From NCBI RefSeq assembly GCF_964204645.1, contig NC_134027.1, positions 4,930,485 through 4,994,484 on the forward strand: a stretch of DNA of 64,000 bases, read 5' to 3'. The notes under the pieces are model-generated. The model worked only from the letters and a program-made list of their open reading frames with translations. It had not been told where the DNA came from and did not search any database. The DNA comes from Tubulanus polymorphus. Its lineage: Eukaryota; Animalia; Nemertea. The position numbers and the translations under genes were made by a program. Of the stretch, positions 52,669 through 64,000 are shown in pieces (the stretch's first letter is position 1; every line of letters begins with the position of its first letter).

Positions 52669-53472
52669 TCATTTTTCTGGTGTAGGGTTATGAATTGGAA
52701 GGAATTCTTCTATTGGAGTATCAGGACCAAGATTCACACCTTCTGCGTATTCCTTCTCTTTTTGAACAATGTTCGTAATGAACATGCAGCCATACATGCC
52801 CTCTTTACTATGGTAAACACATGCATATTGTGAGGGACATATACAAGTCTGAAAAATAATAGATATATAACTATAAATCAAAAAACATACTAAAGAAGTA
52901 ATATGATAAAAGAGTATCCATGGCCCAGTTTCGCGAAAAAGCCTAAAACGGTTAAGTTTGAATTGTTGTCCTCATTGAAGACATGAAATAACCGATCGCA
53001 ATTACACCAAAAATTAAACTTTTTTGTGAAACTACAGAGCTTTAACAACATCACGTATCAATTTCGCTTTCGAAGGCAAATCATCCTTTAACTAAGACTC
53101 GCCGGACGCGATAGGTTTTCTCGTCGAAGAAACTCGAAAGCCCCAAAATGAGTAAAAACTCAGGAATGGAACTAAAAAGATGTTTAAAAAGCATTTACCC
53201 CAATATTTGGTTTAGCGTAACTTCGGCAAACTTGCGTAAAAAATTGTTGCTCACTTGGACACTAGAAAAAGAAAACCGAAAGATAAGCGGAAGTATTGGA
53301 ATCAATTTGGAGATATTAATGCGACTTTGAACCATTGTTTGTCATTTCTCACAAAATTTTGTTTCTAACATATAGTTATTATAAATCTTACTTGTTTGAG
53401 TTTCACCGGCAATGCCAAGATTGGACTGATGAACAAAACACAAAAAACTAAACCAAGTTCACGTTTCGACAT
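52669..53472 (-). CDS. Small secreted Cys-containing peptide, 86 aa, 2 exons (53392-53472, 52669-52848)
   Basis: Exon 1 MSKRELGLVFCVLFISPILALPVKLKQ (signal-peptide-like) ends at a gtaag donor. A phase-0 join to the ttttcag acceptor gives TCICPSQYACVYHSKEGMYGCMFITNIVQKEKEYAEGVNLGPDTPIEEFLPIHNPTPEK-stop. AATAAA lies about 20 nt past the stop. Confidence 0.7.
52926..53035. mobile_element. MITE-like element in the intron of the peptide gene
   Basis: cagtttcgcgaaaaag ... cttttttgtgaaacta inverted termini; internal segment shared with 12357-12390. Confidence 0.6.
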
Positions 53473-55111
53473 TTTCAAATAGAATTGGCGCAACTTCTCG
53501 ATACTGATAGTTTTAAATCACTAACAGTTGCTAACTCGTCACGCCCCGGTTGGTGAAATTTTCAACAGCTTGCTTCGGGATGATGTAAAAATCAATAGAC
53601 ATTTATCTAATCATTCCAAGCTTTTGCTACGATCGCATATTTTGTGTGATTTTACGGATACGTGCTTGGATCGAATAATTTTTCCATGCAATTCATCATC
53701 AGTTTGCCATTGTTTCCAATTTCCATTTCAACATAGAGGATAATCTAACAAGCGATTCTGCTTCGACTATTTTCTTTTATTCTCAAATTCCTCGTTTGCT
53801 ACTTAACCATGATGAATCGGTACACGTTGCACAAATGGAACAGTTCTTCATTTTATATCTAACGGACCTAGCTAATTTAGACAGCCCCGCTATTCATTAC
53901 TGTGTATACTTTCACTTTCAATAGACTTAACACATTGGGACAAAAACTTCATTTTCAACAACATCGATGATAGGTCATCGAATGGAAATTTCGAGGCCAT
54001 TGCATTAACTATGAATATCACAGCTTCCCGTTCTAACTCATCCTCTGTAAAATGTCCATCATAGTCAGAATTAGTGATTACGAAACGATATTGCACAAAG
54101 CAAGACGTGCGTATGCGTGGATGCAAGTGGATTGTCGTGAGTGTACTCATCGGTGCTGCTCAAACATTAGGTGCTTGGTACTTAATTTACCGTACTAAAT
54201 ATTGCATCACAAACATCACTCAAAAAACGACACCTCATCAAAGCTATTAATATACTATTCGAATATATATTTTCATTCTGTGTATTTAGTAATATACCGA
54301 CTTCCTAATGGCTACTATCGGTGGTACCGCGATTATTTTTCCAATACAATTCCAAATTTCATGTTCTCTAGCTGAAAGTATGTATCTAGATATTTAGGAC
54401 GCAATTCAATATTTCAATATTAGGATCTTAAACGGATACGCTATTGAAACTGATTCTTCTTGGCTAGAATTTGACCATTCCGTTTTGTTCGTATCGATTT
54501 GGTAACATGTTGCGACGAATATTAACGATTTCATTAATGGTTTGAAATATGGAACGATTTTTATTCAACCTGGGACTTGAATAATGGGTTGCATATGTTA
54601 ATCCCGCAGTTAACTAGAGCTGGAATTAGTGTACTGGAATAACACTATGGCAACTGAAAAGTATTTTTTTCATATTTCGTAAAGCTAACGTAGCTTTGAA
54701 TCAATATAGCGACCTTTAAACACGAAGAAACATTCCTCAACCACATCAAATTGAAAACCTAATCTTGAAAAGAAAACAGATGCATTTCTGTTTATCGACG
54801 TGTGCAGTGCGAGTCAACATTGAACTTTCGAAAGTAAAAAGACCATACATACTTCAAAATGTATCATATGCTATTATGTACAATAACTTATTTATTATTT
54901 CTAATAACACAATTGTGGTGTATCCAAGAAAACCATCAACAATGAAAAACATAAAACCCGTATCAATATCTTATAAAAGTCAAATACATGTATAGATGTA
55001 TATCTATCATAATCTAGAACATGTGCTAAATTCGGTAAAACAGCTGTGACACGGTGCACATGGCTCCTGGTGCGACCCATCGGTTAGCGTACCAGGAGTG
55101 AAGTGATAATT

Positions 55112-56893
55112 TTATGAGGCATCGAACCAATATCTCCCTAAACATAATCGAAATTCTACATTATTTGCGATGAAATGTAGCATAAACTCGCACTTCATGT
55201 AGCCAACAGATACTTCAGAAAAGCTACAGTGACATGCAATAGCCGATTTGGAATTATCACCAGGCACCGTATTGTCATATTGCGCAGATTTGTCTGATTT
55301 GCATTCTAAAGCTAAGTCTGTGAAAGGTCTCGCTTCATTAAAAGATAATCGTTCGTCGTCTTCGTTTTGTTTATTTTCCCAATCTATCGCGCCCATGTTT
55401 GTTCGCTCTCCATCATACTGTAAACGGATATTTGAGTCAATCGTTCCCGGTACAGCAAATTTAGGTTTATTGTCTATATAGATTTCTGCAGTCGCTCCAT
55501 CCGGGAATTGGCACTTGACCAAATGCCAAGGTTTTTGTCGTTTATCTGACTGCCTTGTCCAGTTTTGCCACTGGGTATAAACAGCCCGAACAGTATCATT
55601 AACTTGATCTATTTCACCGTCGTTTTCGTGGTCATCGATGAAATGTCGTGTACACTGTTCACCGGGCTGTTCATGCCATCCGAGTGAGAATGAACCACAA
55701 TGATCTTCAACGTCATGTGTAAAACTGTAACTGGGCTCCAGAGGACCACGACCTTTCGTTTCACTTTCAATATCTATCGTTATTTCACGTGTTTTTTTCC
55801 TGCTCTGTAGTGGCTCCGCGTGGCCTTCTATTTGGAAGTTGACTTGACCCACAGGTTGTCCTTCGTGGTTTGAATGGTGGCAATTCATCACCAATTCGTT
55901 TTGAAAATTGGAATATTTAGAATGAAAAGAACGTCTATTTTTAGTTTTCAGATGTAACTTTGGCGTCGTCATTTCTACTCGCACTACCGTTCCGTCCGGG
56001 TAGACGTTTTTCCACCACAGATTTTGTTCCGTTAATTCATTTCTGAAAAATGGTATGTCACGAACAAGCATTGAACATGATGAATGTTTAAGTCCAAAGA
56101 ATCTCGATGTTTGGTGTCTGGCAATTGATTTGATATTTTCAGATATTTTGCATTTGTTAATTTTGTCAAGATATTGGTCTGACTTAAAGTCTTCCTCATT
56201 CGCGATATAGACGTCATCTTCAGTATTTTCTTCTGGGATACTTTGTAAATCTGAATCTGAGATCGGGTCCATAAATTCAACAGGATTGTCCTCGTCGTCA
56301 TCAACTGTATCATCATTTCCATTTCTCGAAGGTGAATCACTTCCTCCAAAATTGGATAAAGGACTAGTACTCCAAACCGCGCTGTCATCCGCGTCAAAAA
56401 CGTCAAAATCTGTGTCACTAAAACTTTTGAAACTAGAATGTCCACTATCATCGAGATTGACAAATGATACTCCCGAATCCAAACCATTCAAACAATCACT
56501 GAGAGTTGGTAAACAATCTCCTCTCGCTTGACTAGTGTCTAATTCGGCTTTTACTTCATCGGCGCTGACATCGGTTTTCAAGTAGCGCTCGATGTAGGAT
56601 TTTGAGTTCGGTTCCGCTGTCGAAATAACGTCGAGATCATTAAGAGCAACAGGAGGCGCCTCGTCGACGACAACCTCTAACGCTGTATCGAGCAAGTCAT
56701 TTTCTGGATGACCTTCCTCCGTAACGATACGAGATTCATATTGCACTTCGATGAAATCATATTCATCCAATTTCTCGTAGTTGAAATTATATTTCGATTC
56801 GTGGCCAACTTTAAAACGCCCTCTTCTCGATTTGATGCCGAACTTAAGGCTCTTGTCTCTCCTCCTGTCTTTCTTTGAACTCAGATTTCCCAT
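55112..56893 (-). CDS. Uncharacterised 593-aa protein, single coding exon, predicted N-myristoylated, acidic/disordered N-half
   Basis: A 1782-nt uninterrupted ORF in AT-rich DNA. MGNLSS followed by a polybasic KKDRRR..KSRRGR tract. In-frame stops lie just upstream of the ATG and a splice acceptor at ~56911 implies 5'UTR exons. No recognised domain. Confidence 0.75.
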   Translation of the reverse strand: MGNLSSKKDRRRDKSLKFGIKSRRGRFKVGHESKYNFNYEKLDEYDFIEVQYESRIVTEEGHPENDLLDTALEVVVDEAPPVALNDLDVISTAEPNSKSYIERYLKTDVSADEVKAELDTSQARGDCLPTLSDCLNGLDSGVSFVNLDDSGHSSFKSFSDTDFDVFDADDSAVWSTSPLSNFGGSDSPSRNGNDDTVDDDEDNPVEFMDPISDSDLQSIPEENTEDDVYIANEEDFKSDQYLDKINKCKISENIKSIARHQTSRFFGLKHSSCSMLVRDIPFFRNELTEQNLWWKNVYPDGTVVRVEMTTPKLHLKTKNRRSFHSKYSNFQNELVMNCHHSNHEGQPVGQVNFQIEGHAEPLQSRKKTREITIDIESETKGRGPLEPSYSFTHDVEDHCGSFSLGWHEQPGEQCTRHFIDDHENDGEIDQVNDTVRAVYTQWQNWTRQSDKRQKPWHLVKCQFPDGATAEIYIDNKPKFAVPGTIDSNIRLQYDGERTNMGAIDWENKQNEDDERLSFNEARPFTDLALECKSDKSAQYDNTVPGDNSKSAIACHCSFSEVSVGYMKCEFMLHFIANNVEFRLCLGRYWFDAS

Positions 56894-58028
56894 TTTTCAT
56901 CAGTTATTTTCTATGGAAGAATAAGATTATATAACGAGTTTCAAATATGTTAGAACATTTATCAGAGATGTCAGAACTCTCAAGGATATGTAAATATACT
57001 GTGGATGTACGTTATTTTACCTGATTAAACTGTCGGCCATTCGATTAAATCCAACCTATACTGTCGGACATTCCATTAAATCCAACCCAGACTAGCGGTC
57101 TACCATTCCATCCTGACGAAGCTAAATTTCATTTTTGAAATAATTACTGCAATATTTCTATATCATATAGGTCGATATGTGCATTATATACGTGCAATAT
57201 ATTATTATTATACACCAGAATGTACGTGATCATAGTTCACTATACTGAGATGCGACACCTGTTTCAAACAAATATTGATAACGCAATTGGCAAGACTAAA
57301 TCCGATACTACTGGTAAATCACAAAGCACAGTCAGTATTCTATACTGGAATATCTGGCTAATGGAGTTCTCAATATGTATTGTCCAATCATAATTCATAT
57401 TTTCTAAAAATGTCTATCTTTATGAATGATGGTTTTGATACTATACTATGATAAAGTGGCATGTCGGTGAATATGTCTTTTGAGAATATATAAAAACGAC
57501 TGTAGAACATCCACTGAACGCGCTCAATATTGCGGCCATTAGTCAATTGGTGGTCTAAATCAACTTCTTTTCTCTTGAATAAAAACTTGAAAGCGCTACC
57601 GTAGAGTATTCAACAGTGCAAAAATTGACTCAGCTCAAAATTTGTTGGTTAAAAAAACGTTATTAGGGAAATTTGGAAATTAATCTTTTGACCGTGTTAT
57701 TATTTTGACCGATCTATTATGTAGTCTCTTTGGCCAACTGTTATTAGTTATGCTTGGTGGAAAGAGCAAATGCAAACTGATCTGCGGCGACGAATTTTTT
57801 CAAAGTTGTTAATAACATTGGCTTCATCGAATTTCCAATCAATCAATCAATGAAACCGTAACGATAAATACCATTGATTTTCCAGCTTTTTCATCATACG
57901 AAATATATCGAAGCTCGTAATCGTATAAAAACCGCATAAAAGTCTGCCACTTTTTTCATTTTCGCTTTTATTTGATAGCAATTGTATACATATTGTCGCC
58001 TCATTACACTCGATTCAAAGCCATCCGC

Positions 58029-58251
58029 GTTTCCATGGCGACAAGATCTCGCGCGAAAAACCAAACGCCTCCGGGTGATGGCCTGTAGTCATCCGCGCTC
58101 GTATGTTCGCGGAACTATCCAGACGTTGGCGCAGTGCTGCAATACACTGTTCAACTGAAAAGACTTGGGAGAAGGCAACGTCCACGAGGCTTAAATTCAA
58201 CTGGTCGAAAAAAAGTATTCAAGAAAACGAAAATATAGAGGCCAGGTGAGT
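58029..58251 (+). promoter_or_regulatory. Possible promoter and first exon (X-box, TCTCGCGCGA motif, strong donor)
   Basis: X-box-like GTTTCCATGGCGAC 58029-58042, adjacent TCTCGCGCGA, a CpG-rich stretch, and a CAG|GTGAGT donor at 58245/58246. No downstream coding exon was identified. Confidence 0.3.
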
Positions 58252-61200
58252 CAACTTTGAATGTATATTCCTATTAGACCACTTTCAACAAATGCCTTTT
58301 TTAAAAACTTAAGAGGTAGAAATTAGAGTGTTTTTTTTTCTCGGTAACAATAATGTTGAATTCAAATTCACAATTCAATTAAACCGTATCACAGCGCATT
58401 AATTTAGGTAAGAGTGAACGGGTGTGACGTATACGGTACTTGACTTCCGGAGAAGCATCCTCGCGACACCATGCGTGTGAACGATCCAACAAATCAATTA
58501 CGGAAATGAGAAACTATCACCGATAAATATTATTACATAAAACATTTAACTATCTAAACGGTACCTTACTCTGTTTCGGAATAGTTTCATAAGTGTAATT
58601 ACGATCTTATATGACATGTTTGATATATGATGAAATAAACACCCATCGCGTCAGTTCGTTTTACTGTACTTGTTATTTTGGATGGGTCAATGTGTCAAGG
58701 TATATCTAGATTGACCTGATTATCGTTGTCATTCATATACGTTATTACATGTCACTGTGATGTCACTGTTACCAGTGAAAAGTGACGCAAATCTCCACCT
58801 ACAGATTTTCTATTGAAACAGGATTAACTCTTTTTAGTCTTGAAAGAATAAATCGTCGTCACTGAGTTATTTTCTGTCATGTTTGTATTTTTCCAATTAC
58901 CTCAGGCCATTCTAACAAGAATGACTTCATCAAGTGACGTCATTTTATTTATAGGTTACTTCATCGTCTGTTTTCATATACGTACATTGTTCGGCCGTAC
59001 ATTGACTAAAAGGCTTCATCCAATCAGGGTTCGTAGCGTATCAAAAATCAATGTCATGCGTGGCGATGCTCTTTCAAAGAAAAACTGAACCCATAGTTTT
59101 TATGGGGACAAGATTCAATAACTACATGTATATGTAATAAGATGTTACGTATATATGCATCGTTCAAACGTGGACTTGTTTTAAGAGTCTGTTGCAAAAT
59201 AGGAATGTCTTAGCCAAACAATACAGCCCTTGTACGCAGAGTAAAGATCTGTTAAGTCGTGCTTCAGGCATCGTTTCTCGTAGCCATGCCCCAGTCGGCG
59301 ACCCGGCGGGCATCCCCGTGGATAAAAGGTTAAATATCGTGTAAGAAAGTCACCTTAATGAGCTGATTAATGAAAGCGATCCAATCAAAATTTGATATCA
59401 CCCGCGGGAACAAGGTGCCTGCAGCAAACCATAATGAAAACATAAGGCCTCACCTCGAGATGTGGTTTCTGCCCCCGGATTTTCTCCTGCGGGTATTTAA
59501 GAGCCGTAAGCATTTTTTTTCTTTTAAGAAGGTTGGTCAGCGTATAACTTACCAGTTGTTGGATCGTTTATTGGTGCCCGTGGCAATTTGGTGCTAAAGG
59601 CAAACAAAAATACTGACTCCCTCTATGAGAGTTATTGAGCCTGCCTACCACATTACGTCTTACTCTGTGAAGACGTGTTTTGGATTGTCAGAATGATTCA
59701 ATATGATAATAGATAATATGATAACTCAACTCATGTATAAATCTATATATGACGTGATACTATACAACGACCTTACTTATACATATAATAATAGTAGTCA
59801 ATGTACGTTACAAATTACGAAGGTATCCATTAGAACTTTGTCATTATGCCCATTTTGGACTTCGATTTCGACGCCCGATATCCCGATGATTTATTTATGC
59901 ACTGTTTGTTCTACGTATTCACGAGTTCTGCATTAAACGAGGTAACAGTTCCACGCGGGCTTCATATCCAGTCCTTGGGCGCTAATTACATACTGGAAAT
60001 AAAAGCCTTCGAGAACAAAATTAGTTCCTTCCCGACTAGAGATTTGGCGTCAAAATGAATAGAGCTGCAAAACAATAATATACGGCTTTTCTTTTCGACA
60101 AAAATTGTTGTCACCGAAAACGTCACATGAGAATTATATTGAATTTATATGCTTTCTCTCGTCTCCAAGTTTGACAGACATATTGGTGCCGAAAAACAAC
60201 GTCTTGCATTTAACGCCTACGGCCTCTTTTCAAAATCGAAGAAATTCCACTGTAAGATTGCAGATGGCCGCCGGTAAGATATGTCATCGACAAACTAAAG
60301 AAGGCGAGTTTGAGAATTAATTATATCGCTAACGGACATTCACAAAACACGACAAGTATTTTGTTGATCAAAGTCCTGAGTCTACCCTACTGAAATGTGC
60401 CTTCAGCGACTTAAGCGTAGATTCTCGGTTATTATTCGGGTGAAATTCGAAGGAAACTGAAATGCTAGGGTATCTGCCGGGCTTGATTGTCACCGGCTAC
60501 TCATGCGCGTTAATTTCACGACATTCGCGACCTGCTTGCGGTAATCCGCCATTTTTATTGTTACACTGCCTGCAATTACTGAGTTAGCTCATGCACGGAT
60601 AATATCTATTCGATACCTGAGGGCTACGGTTACTTTGATGTATGATGGACGGACCTTAAGGCGGATTCTCTACCCATTTACGTCCATTTGTCCAAATACC
60701 TTAGACGCACGATTCCCAGTTCCTCGGGCAGGTTCTAAAATGGTTGAAGGTTTTTGAACAGATTAGTTTTGATTTTCGTACGTACGTACACTTTACAGCC
60801 AGTCTGCCATGGGAGTAAATTTGGAAAAAAACGAGAGACCGTGGACATTGTTTCAATCTCTGAAATGGAGACATCTGTTTAAATGACGTGCTTTCATCCA
60901 ATAGGACATATAATCACAATCACCAATGTAATCCAATGGTGTGAATTACAACTCAAAATATTTAGATTTTTCCAGTTATTTTGAGTAACATTCTCCATAA
61001 TCTCTTTGTTTGCTATAAACTCAAAAGAACTCGGCCATCTGTTCACCCGTCCGTTCCTTATATATCAGATCAGTGAGGCGAATTTTCTCCGCCAAAGGCT
61101 CAGAATTCTCAAACACGGGTTGTCATGCTGATGGAGAACGCCCACGGCTTTCAGATTGCACCTTATGTGGAACTAGGAAGACTGTCGATTTCCTTGTTAT

Positions 61201-64000
61201 TTGTCTGTCAAGTATATTGAAATATATCGTGAATGTACGTATGTTTTCTTCACCATTACTTCTTTTTTCCGCGATTGCTTACTCTGGGCTATTCCGTACG
61301 TTCGCGTCTGTAGAATGTCGTCCAACTTTAGTCGATGTCTCTTCCTTTTTCCCCGAGTCGCACGTCGTGGCAGCTGTCAAACTCGCGCATGTCCATCTGT
61401 GGACAAAAGCTTCTCCATCCAGTTTCAACAGGACATGATTTTGCTGTTTCTTTCAAAGAACCAATGAACGGGGGTTCGCAATAGAGTTAGTGATTCGGGA
61501 TTGATCCAAAATCATACTCATATAACGAGATAAAAGCGACCGATGGCCTCGGGTGTAAAAGAAACTAAAGGAGCATCGAAAATTGTGCACGACAACTCCA
61601 CTTCATTACATAAGCTCCAGCATGGCACCAATCATTACCGGAGAAAATACTGAGTATCGAGGAGATTTAAGTCTCTTCAGAACAACCATCTGCCCCTTAC
61701 CAAGTACCGATCATAGCCTCCCTGGAGGGACACCTACCCCGCTCACAGTTTAGTGCCTCGGGTGCCCCGCCTCAGGGAAATGTGTTAAACGATGCTGAGC
61801 TGTGTTTCATTCTATTCGAACTAAACACAATCCGTTATTGAGACTGGTCGCCGCTATTGTCGTCTCGAGACAAGGATATAATAGACCAGAAGCAAATCGC
61901 ATGTGTTGTCAATAAGATCATAGCTTCACGAATGCTTGGAGATCTACACTCTGGCAATGATATAGTCTAGCCAGCCTCACAATAATACAACTGTGGATGT
62001 ATAATTTGCGATAATACTTAAGACGCTACATTAACAAAGGCGGGAGAAAGATCTAGGCCTGGTCATTCGACTTCAAATGAGCATGAAAAAGGACTTCTAG
62101 ATGTTTGGGGTGGTCAATACTTGCATTTGTCATTTTCTCAAATATTGAATACTGACATTCTGGTATTAGTATGATTTGAATGCATTTTGATAACATTCCG
62201 TCGTTTCGAGATTTCGTTGACTAACACGAAGCGTTCATTGAAGCACTAGCGAAATCATATCCGGGGAAGAACCTGAGGCTGCGAACGGTTTCTTTCGGGT
62301 TTTATTGCGATATCCCCGAAGACGACTGTCGAAGAAACCCGCGTCTCATTAGCAAGTATTCCGCGGGCTCTATATATCTAGATACAAAACAGCTAATAAC
62401 CATCTCCATAGCTTACAGGGATAGCATTAGAATCTTCGGTTACTAGCAATGGTAATTACAGGGTACTCGGGCGTACGAACGGACAACGTACCTAAGGGTA
62501 AAATTCTGCTAAAACCAAGCTGCAAAATTAGTACCGTGGATACCGAAAAGTCTAAGGGCTAAACTCACCCATTTCTTACTGAAATGATTGGAAAAACTGT
62601 TTGCCTTCATTTGTGTATACGTGTTTTATGATACGAAATGTCTTCATATTCATAAGCCTAGATCGAGACCGGTACAGAATCGCGTCAATCCATGAACTAA
62701 ATTCAGATTACATACAATCCTCTTCAGACGACGTAATGTAACTTATCTCGGTATTTTCTGGGTTATTTTAATCAGGATTAGTAATCTAGCGTGCAAAAAA
62801 CACAGGCTTACGTAAAAGTCAAGTAGAACTGCGGTTGGTAAAGTTCCCTGGGGGAGATGAAAACACCGTGTATTTTCCCAGTGTCTTCCAGTCTGTAGCG
62901 TTGTAGCAGTCGCCCCCGGTAAGTTATTTTCCCGCCCCGAAGCTATTCGACTTCGTTTATAAAACAACAGCTCGTATGTCAGTCTAACAGGATCTACCAC
63001 TTTTTTTATACCGTCAAATTCGATAAAACTTAGACGGATGACTCCATCTTGCTGTGAAAATTGGTTACTTAGACAGGTTTTACTTGTAATCGTAATTACT
63101 ATATGATATTTATCATCACGATTCATAGCAGCATAGAAAATATGAGATTTCTTCGTAATGGACCTGAAACGAACCTAAGCATAACTTTCAAACTATACTT
63201 CAGCATTAAAAATCATCGATTGGATTGCTGTGGCTGAATTATATAACATATTCATGTAAACGCGATACTCCTGAAGGTTGTGATGGAACTACACTGATAT
63301 TTATTGATGTCTATCTTCTTCACCTGTTCCAATATAAATCATCTTGGAATTGGAGACAAGCTTAAGGCCTCCCTTTAGGCTGTCGCTTTGACACAATGCC
63401 ACGTGGACCTTGCGTACAGCAATCCTATCAAACCACGCTGAAAATATATCAATATTAAATTAAGTGCCCTGAGCTCTATTCAGTTCATGTGTCATATGAA
63501 CTTGTCTCATTTATAGAAATTGTTATATACACATTGTTTCAATTTGTTACGATACGTTGAGGTTGAATATCCCCTGCTGGGGATATACCTGCTGGGTGTT
63601 ATGTTGAAGTACCTCAAATTATTGGATGACCATGGTAAATGTGCATCACATGCACCTGAAAAAAGTTTCGCTTTTTCAAACACCATCTTGAATAAAGGCT
63701 TTTTTCATTTGCTATATTCGATGATGACATGAGCATTGAATGATACACTAAACATAAAATGCCAAAAAGCCTGGGGTTCAATGATCGATGCCCTGAGCAT
63801 AGGTATTTAGGGCGTTGTCTAGTATGTATATTATTGCTGTATGATTTATTCGTAAAAATCGTTTTAGGCAATTTTTGAGTAGGATGTCGATTTATGAAGT
63901 CACAACACAAACCCCCGCGATATTAAGACTTATCTTTAGCATAGGAGATATTCTATCAAGTGTATCTATAGGCTAATTGGTGGGGTCTTTACTGCGAAAG

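Noticed and set aside
53890-54150. 86-aa minus-strand ORF with a helical-looking segment (DELEREAVIFIVNAMASKFPFDDLSSML)
   Set aside because: No recognisable domain, splice context or partner exon. A decayed gene fragment cannot be excluded but is unsupported.
57029-57088. ~31-bp tandem duplication (ctgtcgg.cattc.attaaatccaacc x2) as a CRISPR-like array
   Set aside because: Two adjacent copies with no spacers, in eukaryotic DNA; a simple local duplication.
1-64000. Selenoprotein genes or SECIS elements linked to tRNA-Sec
   Set aside because: No gene model needed an in-frame TGA and no convincing SECIS was seen by eye. SECISearch would be decisive.

Overview
Eukaryotic window, not prokaryotic: AT-rich, intron-dense metazoan invertebrate DNA with short GT-AG introns (lineage cannot be fixed from sequence alone; a spiralian or other marine bilaterian is my guess). 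All gene models were reconstructed by hand from splice sites and frame continuity. Left to right: (1) a tRNA-Sec gene (1807-1893, minus) with upstream TATA and PSE, head-to-head with (2) a two-exon large-Maf bZIP gene; (3) a 14-exon, ~1570-aa cytosolic protein with ankyrin repeats, a long disordered linker, an IRE1/RNase L-type kinase domain and a KEN domain. This is RNase L domain order, but both catalytic sites look degenerate (HRD->HGN; RN..H->YD..E). (4) A 16-exon GlyT2-like SLC6 transporter; (5,6) two tandem, highly diverged minus-strand paralogs encoding large secreted glycoproteins (signal peptide, EGF, cadherin-like domain, furin site, 7 copies of an unrecognised ~165-aa repeat, beta-sandwich, F5/8C discoidin, Asp-box tail); (7) a two-exon 86-aa secreted Cys peptide not recoverable from the ORF track alone; (8) a single-coding-exon 593-aa ORF with an N-myristoylation motif. 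Several short MITE-like palindromic insertions and a (TA)n microsatellite are also present. The best candidates for undescribed biology are the double-pseudoenzyme RNase L-like gene and the furin-processed repeat glycoprotein pair.
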